DNA from: Tubiluchus corallicola
Lineage: Eukaryota; Animalia; Priapulida
Length of the DNA: 64,000 nucleotides
Assembly (NCBI GenBank): GCA_030141605.1
Contig: JAQGDQ010000649.1
Location: 55,463-119,462, forward strand
Reading direction: 5' to 3'
Numbering within the stretch: the first letter of the stretch is position 1; each line of letters starts with the position of its first letter. The position numbers were made by a program, and so were the translations under genes. The notes under the pieces were generated by a model, which was not told the DNA's origin, searched no databases, and saw nothing but the letters and a program-made list of their open reading frames with translations. Below are positions 1-12,200 of this stretch, piece by piece.

Positions 1-138
1 CTATGAGATAGTAGAGTAAATGCCTTGTAATGTGATTTAAAATAATCTCTGTTATGTAGCTGTAGTTTGTTGTTTATAGTCAGCTATGAAAGCTTCATAA
101 GAGATTTACGTCTGTCTGTTAAATTTAAATTTATTAAT

Positions 139-167
139 GTTTTTGTTGTTGTTGTTGTTGTTGTTGC

Positions 168-198
<31 letters not shown>

Positions 199-249
199 GC
201 TGTTGTTGTTGTTGTTGTTGTTGTTGTCGTCGTCGTTGTTGTGGTGGTG
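139..249. repeat. (GTT)n microsatellite
   Basis: Direct reading; explains the poly-Val ORF 67..336. Confidence 0.97.
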
Positions 250-1023
250 ATAGTGGTTCAATTGATCTTGCTGATAAGAGGTTCAAGTTTTGGTACACAC
301 GAGACCAGACGTCTTTGTTATAAGTATCTTCAGTAAGCCAAAACGTTGAATATGTAGGTTGTAGTTTATAAAATCAATTTACAACTGGGATCACATTGTA
401 GTTTGCCGGGATGCATGCTTTTTTCAGTTATGTCATGCCTGCAATCTAATAACGTCAGTTTTTAGCCAAATTCCATTGTCTATTGTAACCATTGAAATCC
501 AAATGTGCACAAAACAGACATTGTATTTTCAAAAATGGTCATTATAAATGAGTAAATTAATCTTAGAATCTGTAAAAGGGAGTATGCTGTTTATTATATC
601 GTCTAAAATTATGTTATAATAAGAAAAGACTGGCTATAGATAGTTGTTTCCTTTTACCTATTCATGCTATAATCATTACAAATGGTTTTGTAGTTTGTTG
701 CTGACAATCACTTACTTTTACGCTGGGCACTAAGACCTTAATGTTTTCTGAAACAATAGAAATCGTTTAATTCTTTCTAACATAGAAAAGGAGTGCAATT
801 CGCTCACGCTGGGCGGTTTATCGTATTTATGTGTGGCAGTCGGCCAGCAGACTGCTGACCTTTCAAATACGAAACTGCCATAATTAACTGCGGTTAGTCA
901 AAGGAACGTCTTACGAACACAATGGGACGTCGTTTATCATAAATTACTAATTACCAAAAGTGTTAATCACGATAGGACAGGTGTACTTGCCTAGTCTACA
1001 TAGAACTACTGTAAATACTCACC

Positions 1024-1782
1024 TATACTGTGCTTTGTAACTACTCAGATCTACTGTGCTTTGTAAGTACTCAGCTACACTGTGCTTTGTAACTACTCAG
1101 ATCTACTGTGCTTTGTAACTACTCAGATCTACTATGCTTTGTAAGTACTCAGTTATACTGTGCTTTGTAACTACTCAGATCTACTATGCTTTGTAAGTAC
1201 TCAGATCTACTGTGCTTTGTAACTACTCAGATCTACTGTGCTTTGTAAGTACTCAGCTATACTGTGCTTTGCAAGTACTCAGCTATACTGAGCTTTGTAA
1301 CTACTCATATCTACTGTGCTTTGTAAGTACTCAGCTATACTGTGCTTTATAAGTACTCAGCTATACTGTGTTTTATAAGTACTCAGCTATACTGTGTTTT
1401 ATAAGTACTCAGCCATACTGTGCTTTGTAAGTACTCATCTATACTGTGCTTTATAAGTACTCAGCTATACTGTGCTTTGTAAGTACTCAGCTATACTGTG
1501 CTTTGTAAGTACTCAGATCTACTGTGCTTTATAAGTACTCAGCTATACTGTGCTTTGTAAGTACTCAGCTATACTGTGCTCTGTAAGTACTCAGCTATAC
1601 TGTGCTTTATAAGTACTCAGCTATACTGTGCTTTGTAAGTACTCAGCTATACTGTGCTTTGTAAGTACTCAGCTATACTATGCTTTGTAAGTGCTCAGCT
1701 ATACTGTGCTCTGAAGTACTCAGCTATACTGTGCTTTATAAGTACTCAGCTATACTGTGTTTTATATGTACTCAGATGCACT
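1024..1782. repeat. 26-bp minisatellite, about 29 copies
   Basis: Unit TACTGTGCTTTGTAAGTACTCAGCTA with variants. Confidence 0.95.
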
Positions 1783-4700
1783 GCACTCTGTTTTACTTGA
1801 ACGTGTAGTTAAGCAACAACGAGTCTAATAAATAACTAGATGGATAATAACACGAAAACCATTTTGTGGCATTTTATATAACAAATGAGAGAGACAAGAG
1901 CTCTTATATTATCTTTCAATAAACAATTTCTCACAAAAAAACTTGTTCCAATTATTTTTTTAATCAACTTTTAATTATAAATTAGAATTCATATTGAAAT
2001 AAATTGCATTGCAACTTAATAAATATCAACATTGTCGTTATATAAAAGTCACATAACGTACACACTGTAGTCTGCATTTTTACATACCTATAAATTTACA
2101 TTAGATCTGAATGAAAACAGCTAATGTAGTACAGTACATTTATAAGTAAAGATCTTACAACAAGTTTTTACGAAAGAATATATATACAATATACTTGTTA
2201 ATTATGAAGAATGAAAGGAAAACTTTAAGCGGTGCAATAAACGCCAAGATTGCTACTTTGTTTAATTTTCTACTTATTAACAGGGTGCTGCCACCTATTG
2301 CAGAGATGTGAACAAAACACTGCCTCTACGAATCTGACGTTGAATAGTTATGTACAAAAGAAAAACAGAACAATTTGAAATGTTTAAAAACGATTCACAA
2401 ACGATATTAGCTAGAAGCATTGTCACGTGCTTGACAGGCTTGGATTAATAAAAAATAAAATTAGTCATTGACAATGCACTAAGCATAATAAGATCCTATG
2501 AATGTCCAAAGTGCATTAGCATCTCGAAAATACTTGAGATTGACTTGAGTACAGTGACCTTGTATCACTAAAACAGTAATCTGCATACTACAGAATTTAA
2601 ATACATTAATAGAACTCTCAGTTTCATTAAAAAGGCTACATCTAGTAGCTGGTAAGGGATTTAAGTTGTCAAGCTTTAAAGGCAAGAATAAGTGACTTGT
2701 TGGGTTTATTTTACTGTTATCACTTGACCTTGGAAAAATATAACAAAGAAATTTGCAAAGAATTGCCTATAAAGCACAAATTTAAGATATACAACTTCTG
2801 AATAGAAATTTTCAGGCTTGGAGGTTGCAGCCATTTGATTGAAAATCATGACGTAACTTGGAGACTTTGTGACTATCCATAAACGTGCGCTGCTTAAACT
2901 AATTCAAACTTCTGCACCTTATCTAACGTTCACACAAAAATATTACAAAACTAGCTACCTAATTTTTCTGTAAAAACTTTTTATGCTTTTGACGAGGATT
3001 GATATTGCACTATTTTTCTTCAGGATGAATGACGTCATTGATAGAAGAATGGGCATTGAAAATGGGAGCGCCCAAGCATGAAGTGATCGAGGTTTTAATA
3101 TCATTTTACTAGTTATACAAAGTGCTTAATGCAGTTTTATTACTAAATCCTTCTAAGATTTTTCGCGAACATTGAAATATGCCAAACCTCCTAGAAAGCT
3201 TGACTTTTTCTTTAACTAGTATTATTCATACAGGCAACATAAAATTTCAATGAAAGATATTTGACCAGCTTGTAGAAATTCATTGATTTTGCCCTTCAAG
3301 ATAGACGACAGAATAATCATTATTATCAAAAATATAGATTATTATTTAGAAATAATTATTACTGTAGTTACCATGACAAATATTTGGTTATACTGGTACT
3401 TCATGGGCAAATTTCTCTGGTTTGGCGTGCATACTAGTGAAAATTTAGGCCTAAAGATACATCAGCTTACACGTACGATAGTTTAATAACAATATTAGCA
3501 AATGGTCACACGTTGTTATAGTTTATTAAACAAAACATGTAACGCCTCCCACTGGCAGAAGAAGAAGCTACTTCCCCGTCTGCATAATAAATAATGAAAC
3601 AATATCATAAAGACTAAATGATGTGAGTTTTACGTGAAAAGGTTTTCGCATAGAAAAGTTATCAAAAAAACAAACAATAATCACAGATTGTGCAAGTCGT
3701 CACAGACTGTCTATATTCGGTAAAGGATAGCAGACTAAGGTGACTTTATAGTTTTTTCGCTATCCTTTATCTAGTTCTAGATCTATCTATACATTTTAAC
3801 CATTTTTCAAAACTTATTAGAGATTCTTTTATTAATCATGTTTTATTGTAACACTATAAAGAGATAAATAAATTGAAATTGAATTGAATTGTCACAGCTT
3901 CCACTTCTGTGAGATGAAAACACTTTTAATTGCATCTTAACTGTACCTTGAAAAACTTATGTCAGACAAAAAATAAATAAACATATTAATAAAAATTACA
4001 TATCATTCATGAAAGTCAGTACTTATGTTCTATTTTCAATTTTGGTGCCAGATCAAGGTGTATCGTTTCCTTAAAGTAGTAACTCAGAAAGTTGCTTGTT
4101 TTATCCCGAGAAGGGAAGATGTAATGATATGAGTTTGTACATTAATCATAATTCACATAAACCGCAATAGATGGCGCTGCAATATTATAACTGATTCAGC
4201 GCCTGAGATTGAGCACTCATTCATTGTTTTTTGGATAATAATCAATGGTGATTTTAACATAGTCATTTGTATCTGATTTTATTTGATGTTTATTAAACCA
4301 TCCTGTTATCACATTACATAAAACAAGTTCCAAAGATTTGTCCATTATTTCTACAATAGTGCTCAGAAAATAAGGACATACTGTGCGTCAATTTTTGGAC
4401 ACCTTGTAGGTTTGTCAGCAGGGTGATGCCAATGAATGAACCATGAAAGACATTTATAAATTACTATTAAATATGATAAATGCTCAAAAAAAAGATGTAT
4501 ACAACTATAAAAAAAATATAAAACAAAATTATTTTAGATGGTGAAAGACCAATCTTATGAAGTATATGTGATTAAATAAAGATACCGAATGTGTCAGTTA
4601 AACAACTACATGAAATGTTTTATAAATGAAAAATGACAGACTTTAGATGCACATAAAATAAAGCTTATAAAGTAACGAATAGAATGTATGAGAAAAAACA

Positions 4701-5145
4701 TAAAACAAGGTCCTAAGATTTGTCCATTATTTCTACAATTGTGCTCAGAAAATAAGGAAACAACTTGAGACGTGAAAAAATACTCAGCAAGTGTCAGTTA
4801 AACTAAAAAAATTCTTGTAAGTTTAATCTGAAGAAAAGCAACTTGAAGAGGGAGAGCAGAGCATTTTAATGTTTGTTTAAAGACGTTCAGAACACAAAGT
4901 GGCATTAGCAAGAGCAAGCAGTACTCTTGCCAACTGTAAGATTGGAAAAAAAGAATATTTCTAGTAATTTAAACCATCTATGCAAATGAAAACTTGAAGA
5001 TTTTGTAATTAATCATGTCACCATCAGGCATGCATTTCTACCTCAAGAAAAAATGCTCGTTATCGGAATTTATAATTCATTTTAACCAAATTTTTACCAA
5101 AATGCAGGTGTGTACTAGTAGAACACTTAATTTCTTAATAGATTA

Positions 5146-5246
5146 TCTAGCAGTCTGAGTCTAGTCTAGCAGTCTGAGTCTAGTCTAGTAGTCTGAGTCT
5201 AGTCTAGTAGTCTGAGTCTAGTCTAGCAGTCTGAGTCTAGTCTAGT
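5146..5246. repeat. 19-bp tandem repeat, about 5 copies
   Basis: Unit TCTAGCAGTCTGAGTCTAG. Confidence 0.9.
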
Positions 5247-5579
5247 AATCTTTCAAATTTTACATTTTACACTCCCTAGATGTAACATTTAAGTGATGTG
5301 AACATGAAAGACAATCTTTTCACTTATACAGGTGTATGTCTCTACAGAAAAACATGACTAGAAGTTTTTTGATGCTCATAAACATTATTTTGCCATTTGC
5401 TCTGTGCAACACTCCATAATACGATGGGTGATTACTTACAGATGATTTGCTCAGTGAAAGAGAGCAGAGATGGCGAAAAGGGAGAGAGATTGAAAGAGAG
5501 AGATGGATGGGCATGAAAGAGATGGAGAGAGAGATAAAATAACGATAGGAAAAGAAAGGAAGGAGAGAGGGGTTTTTCA

Positions 5580-5788
5580 AAATTTGATCAAATCCTTATT
5601 ATAATGCAGAACACTGCAATTTCAGCCTACTGTTAAGACTTTTGAAGATGGCATACATACATACATACACCCCCCCACACACACACACGCATGCACGCAC
5701 GCACGCACGCACACACACCACCTTCTAAAGCCTTAAGAACAGGCTGAAATTACAGTATTCTGCATTATAATAAGGATGTGAACAAATA
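5580..5788. repeat. Imperfect inverted repeat (about 70-bp arms) around a (CATA)/(CA)/(CGCA) microsatellite, within a duplicated GA-rich module
   Basis: atttgatcaaatccttattataatgcagaa..tttcagcct (5582-5650) pairs with aggctgaaatt..ttctgcattataataaggatgtgaacaaat (5720-5788); 5465-5650 is repeated directly at about 5790-5975. Confidence 0.75.
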
Positions 5789-6229
5789 TAGATGGAGGAA
5801 AAGGGAGAGAGATTGAAAGAGGGAGAGAGAGAGAGATGGGGAGGAGAGAGGCAGAGACAGAGAGATAAAAATACAGTGGGAAGAGAGAGAGGGACGAGAG
5901 GGGTTTTTCAAAATTTGTTCAAATCCTTATTATCAGCCTGTAATTCCAGCCTATTGTTAAGGCTTTAGGAGATTGTATATATATAAACTTTATTGCACAA
6001 GTTATACACATTTATAGGTATGAAAAAATATATGAAAATACTAATTGTATACTGGTGTGACAGGATATTTCATATTTACAACATCTCGCTAATATTTCCA
6101 TTTAATATCTTCTCCATGTGTTTAGCATAAATTTTTAGATGCAAAAAATATGACAAAAAATAGAAGACTAAATAAATAATTACAAATCTGTCATGACTGA
6201 GCCCTCTATGTATCTATTCACATTACTGT

Positions 6230-9200
6230 TCATGTGTTCATTTGCCAAGGTTGTACTCTCTCTGCTCTCATCTGCTTGTAATGATCCTGGTAGGTTTCCC
6301 ACTGAGTTCGTCTCCTGCCGTATCTGGAGTCGTGTTTCAGCTGCTTGCGACGTTCACCTAGTATTCTCTGTTCTCGTCGGTAACGAGCACGCTGATCTTC
6401 TACTTGTACGATGAGCAGTCTCGCCAGATACAATCCGAAAAACTGCGAAAACGGAAATAAATTAAGTCGTCGCTCAATGACGCTAATGCGCTCCAGAAAA
6501 GAGCGACGTTAAGCGAAACGTTGTTAAACAAAAAGTAAAATAATTCGTTGTTTTGGTTGTGTATAGCTGATTATTGGTGTTTTAGGGATGGCAAAACTAT
6601 GAAGAGTCTGATTATTAAACTACACGTTTATTAAACATCAACCACAATAAATATAACAGATAATAATGCCAAGCCCCCTGATCTAGCTGCTCTCCTTCAG
6701 CTCCAGACACAATCCCCTGAGCTGGGCGCATCACGAGGCTTATATCTCGTGCGCCGAGCTTCGACGCCTCGATTCTGAATCACTTGCTCTCGTGACACCA
6801 CTCCTTAACTGGCTTCATGCCAGCATTCATCAACATAATTATCTATCATAATCTAACGCTTTTAGTATAGTTCAACAGGTCCTCTTTACTCCAAGACTTC
6901 TATGGTAAAAGAATGAGATACGTTCCAGAAGCAAAAAACAATGCTACTTAAATGAAAAATTAAACGTTTTTGGGGTTTGATTCATATTTCTACTGATTAA
7001 TTTCTTTCTGTTTGCTTGAAACCACCTATCTTTCTATAATATGTAGCTAAACTTGCCAGCAGTTTGCTTTTCTTAACATTGAAGCCTATATATAGACAGT
7101 TAGCACGTAAGGAAGTGACCTTGAAACAATTTCATGTAATACGTAACCTGGTTGTTATAGCAACAGACAAAATACATTAGCATAAAGTTTAAACTCGGGT
7201 GTCTGGAGGCGTATAATTAGGCAAATAGATCTCCCTTGATAGTTGATACGTAGGTAGTCAGTCGGGGAGCAAAAGCGTTACAATAATGGTAATGTTTAGG
7301 TTACTAATGCAGTTTTAGAACAGAATAACACAATATGTACCGTTTTAATGCTTCAAATTAATTTAAAAAAAGTTGTTGATAAAAAGAATGGCTGTAAGCA
7401 AAGTAAAAAAATTGTCGTTAAAATCAAACGTGCGTCGTTAAGTGAGGAAAACGTGTCAAATGTTCAGTATCGTTAAAACGAAACGTCGTTAAACGGAGAG
7501 TCATTAAGCGAGGAATTACTATATAGCAAAATATTTTCACAATGATAAACAACAGTAATTAAAATCAACAGACTTACTACATGTCTGCTTCGTGTTTGCA
7601 TTTAGTTCTAGCAAATTGACCTGGAATAAAACTTTCATAAAGACTAAACGAATTTGTGGAGTTAATAAATAAATTGAATTGAATTTGTGCAAATGTATGC
7701 TTATATCAATGAAAACATTCAAAAGATTTCATCATCCTTGTGGATAGCTTTAGTTGCTTTTACCTTTTAGTAACAAATAATACAAAAATACCCGCAATGA
7801 AACTATGTTTATTTTTTGATAAGTTAAGCATTACTGATCACCCCCATCCATTTACACAAATCCCTACGGGGAAGGCGTGGCTTTTCATGCATGTTTCTGT
7901 ATCACAATACTAAAAGCAGGCTGCTAAGACAACAAATCAAAACACACGTACCAAGAATACTGACACGCCAATAGCAATGCCTGATACAGTATACAAGTTT
8001 CTATGTACAGCACGTAGAATCGCCGTTACACATCCTATACTATAAACAACTCTTTTTGCCTCTACATACTAAAAAAGGACAAAAAATTATTAATTCCACT
8101 TCTATGCAGTATTACCATATCACATGTGCATGTCTAAGCTGCACTGTCAGAAACTGGCATGTCATACATACAAGTCAACCTCGGATGTAAGGGACACCTC
8201 CGGACTGGAAAAAAACGTCCCTTATATCCGATGTTCCTTATAGCCGAAGTTGAGTCAGACCGAGGGTGTATCTGACCTGTACTTTTCTGCACTTTTACCC
8301 ATATTTTTATGGATTATTGCTACACATTCAGTGCAAACGGTATGTAGGAAGCTTCTTCAGTGATGCGAGATTTACGTGACCGCGGAAACCGATATGTTAG
8401 AAGGCAGAGTTTGTGAAAAATTGAGGTTAAAAATCAATCAATTTCGCTTTGATGATACGGTCCCATATATGCGAAGCAATTTACCTGGGTTTCTATTATG
8501 TGGGACCTGAACATATCGTCCCTTATATCCGAGTACCTTATATATGAAGATTTTTATAAGGAAAACGTTACGAAAAGTGGAAACGTTACGAAAACTGGTG
8601 TTGGTGGTCCCTTATAAGAGAGTACCTTATACCCGCGGTTGACTGTAGTCATCAAATAAGGTGCTAACACACTTTACTATTTACTTCCAAAAATATCACA
8701 ACATTTTAATTACATATTATAACAGCCTATAGTGTATGTACTATTTACGCGTTAATATTTTAAGTATGTAAAATGCATTTGTCCATTTTTAATGTTAATG
8801 CATTTTAAATATTCAATAAATTATGATTAATTATTATGTTTCCATCTGCTGATGAGTTTAGTGGATACTAGAAATGTTAATACTTCATATAACATATCCA
8901 TCGCTCACTCTTATTAACACTCACAAATAAATAAGAAAGTTGCAAACTAATCAAACTTGTTTACCTACTGGAATTTCTTCTGAGTTATAAATTATGATTC
9001 TAATGTCTAAACCATTCACCAATCAAACAAACAAACAAACAAACAAACAAACAAACAAACAAACAAACAAACAAACAAACAAACAAACAAACAAACGATT
9101 TCTACAACTGAATATTTTTGTATTGCCTTCTCACAACTCTTTTTAAAAATTTTTACACGATCTTTCATCATTCATAAGATAATAATGGTATTATTAACAT

Positions 9201-12200
9201 CTAACCCATTAACTTGTTAACGAAACACATAAACCAATAACAACTCGACATGAGCTGTTTCAATTTTATTCCAACTTAAGTCATTTATAGTGTGCAGTAA
9301 ATTAACTTCGACTTAAATTTTCTAGTTGAAGCTACTATAGAATTCACACAAATGAAAACACTACAATGATCCAGAGAAACAAAAACACAAAGTTCAGTAA
9401 AGTTAAACAAATGACAATGACACAAATGACAATGACACAAATGACAACGACGCAAATGACAACGACGCAAATGACAACGACGCAAATGACAACGACACAA
9501 ATGACAACGACACAAATGACAACGATGCAAATGACAACGACACAAATGACAACGACACAAATGACAACGACACAAATGACAACGACACAAATGACAACGA
9601 CACAAATGACAACGATGCAAATGACAACGACACAAGTGACAACGACACAAGTGACAACGACGCAAATGACAACGACGCAAATGACAATGACGCAAATGAC
9701 AACGATGCAAATGACAACGATGCAAATGACAACGACACAAATGACAACGACACAAATAACAACGACACAAATGACAATAACACAAATGACAATGACACAA
9801 ATGACAACGACACAAATGACAAAGACGCAAATGACAACGACACAAATGACAACGACACAAATGACAACGACACAAATGACAACGACGCAAATGACAACGA
9901 CACAAATAACAACGACACAAATGACAATAACACAAATGACAATGACACAAATGACAACGACACAAATGACAACGACACAAATGACAACGACGGAAATGAC
10001 AACGACACAAATAACAACGACACAAATGACAATAACACAAATGACAATGACACAAATGACAATGACACAAATGACAATGACACAAATGACAACGACACAA
10101 ATGACAATGTCACAAATGACAATGACACAAATGACAATGACAGTGTTACAGACACATACTTACAGTGAGTGACTGTACATCCTTGCCACACAATGCATTA
10201 GGATATCCTGTCTAAAAACAAAAAAGATATTGTTAACTTTGACTTTAAAACAAATGTAATTTCTTTCGATAACAAATTTAACCAGTTCAAAACATTTACG
10301 CATTCTTTGAAGAAAAAGCATTTATTTTGCGAGCATTGGCAATTTATTAAATCACAAAATCATCAGCCTATTATAATTAAAAGTTTCAAATTTAATTATT
10401 CTCTGAAAAGTAAAGTTTTAATTACTGACGTACAGCTATACCACACATGACAGTAAAAAAACTAATTATAAAGCAAAAATGCAATATCTGAAGATATCAT
10501 TCACAAAATTGTCTTTGCAAATGTACCAAGTACTACTGGTGCCACTGTAACACTGGAACAATGTAACACTGGAACAATGTAACACTGAAACAATGTAACA
10601 CTGAAATAATGTAACACTGAAACAATGTAACACTGAAACAATGTAACACTGAAACAAAACACAAAAAAAACAACACAAAAAAACACAAAAAAAACAACAA
10701 AAACAAACAAAACACGAAACAATGTAACACTGAAACAATGTAACACTGAAACAATGTAACACTGAAATAATGTAATACGGAAACAATGTAACACTGAAAC
10801 AATGTAATACTGAAACAATGTAATACTGAAACAATGTAATACTGAAACAATGTAATACTGAAACAATGTAACACTGAAACAATGTAACACTGAAACAATG
10901 TAACACTGAAACAATGTAACACTGAAATAATGTAACACTGAAATAATGTAACACTGAAACAATGTAACACTGAAACAATGTAACACTGAAACAATGTAAT
11001 ACTGAAACAATGTAACACTGAAACAATGTAATACTGAAACAATGTAATACTGAAACAATGTAACACTGAAACAATGTAACACTGAAACAATGTAACACTG
11101 AAACAATGTAACACTGAAACAATGTAACACTGAAATAATGTAATACTGAAACAATGTAACACTGAAACAATGTAACACTGAAACAATGTAATACGGAAAC
11201 AATGTAACACTGAAACAATGTAACACTGAAATAATGTAACACAAGCAAAAGTCTGTCAGTCTTGCATTTTTGCTCACACAAATTACACTTGAATTTCTGC
11301 ATGGGCAACCATTAAAGTGTACAAACTGCACAAGTACTACAAACATTTACTAGTTTCTAAATCATACATGAACACAAACAATTCTCTGCAAAAAGTTAGC
11401 ATTTTTTATTTAACATTGAGTCTCATAAGGTCGATATTGAATTCCCATTGCGTTATTAAGAGTGTAAAGCTTTTGAGGCAGCTGCAACACTTTTCATGCT
11501 CCTGCACATACCTTTATTTCATATTTCGAGCGTAATCAAAATATGCCATTTAAGAAAAAATGATCTAAAAGGCTAAGACACAAGACATACGACACAAGAC
11601 ATAAGACACAAGACATGAGACACAAGACATAAGACACAAGACATAAGACACAAGACATAAGACACAAGATATAAGACACAAGACATAAGACACAAGACAT
11701 AAGACACAAGACATAAGACACAAGACATAAGGCACAAGACATAAGACACAAGACATAAGACACAAGATATAAGACACAAGACATAAGACACAAGACATAA
11801 CACACAAGACATAAGACATAAGACACAAGACATAACACACAAGACATAAGACATAAGACACAAGACATAAGACACAAGACATAAGACATAAGAAATAAGA
11901 ACTTTTATTTCACACAAAACAAGATATAGAGATTGTAGTCAATTGACAAGCAAATATTTAAATAGTGTGGGAAAGGGAACGTCCATACGGTCTTTTATTC
12001 CCCCATGTGTGGGGAAAAGGAACGACCATACGGTCTTTTATTCCCCCATGTGTGGGGAAAGGCAACATCCATACGGTCTTTTACTCCCTTCCCAAATGTG
12101 TGGGGAAAGGGAACGACCATACGATCTTTTGCTCCCTTCCCCCATGTGTGGGGAAAGGGAACGACCATACGATCTTTTGCTCCCTTCCCCCATGTGTGGG

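Noticed and set aside
67-336. Poly-valine membrane protein ORF
   Set aside because: (GTT)n microsatellite.
4150-4410. Mariner-like end (ttttggacaccttgta) and tagatggcgct motif
   Set aside because: No matching left TIR found, so boundaries cannot be supported.
9285-10191. Mucin-like (QMTTT)n and Cys/His-rich metallothionein-like ORFs
   Set aside because: They are translations of a 15-bp intronic minisatellite open in several frames; no signal peptide or unique domain.
10466-11917. Hydrophobic Cys-rich ORFs
   Set aside because: Artefacts of the 16-bp and 7/14-bp arrays.
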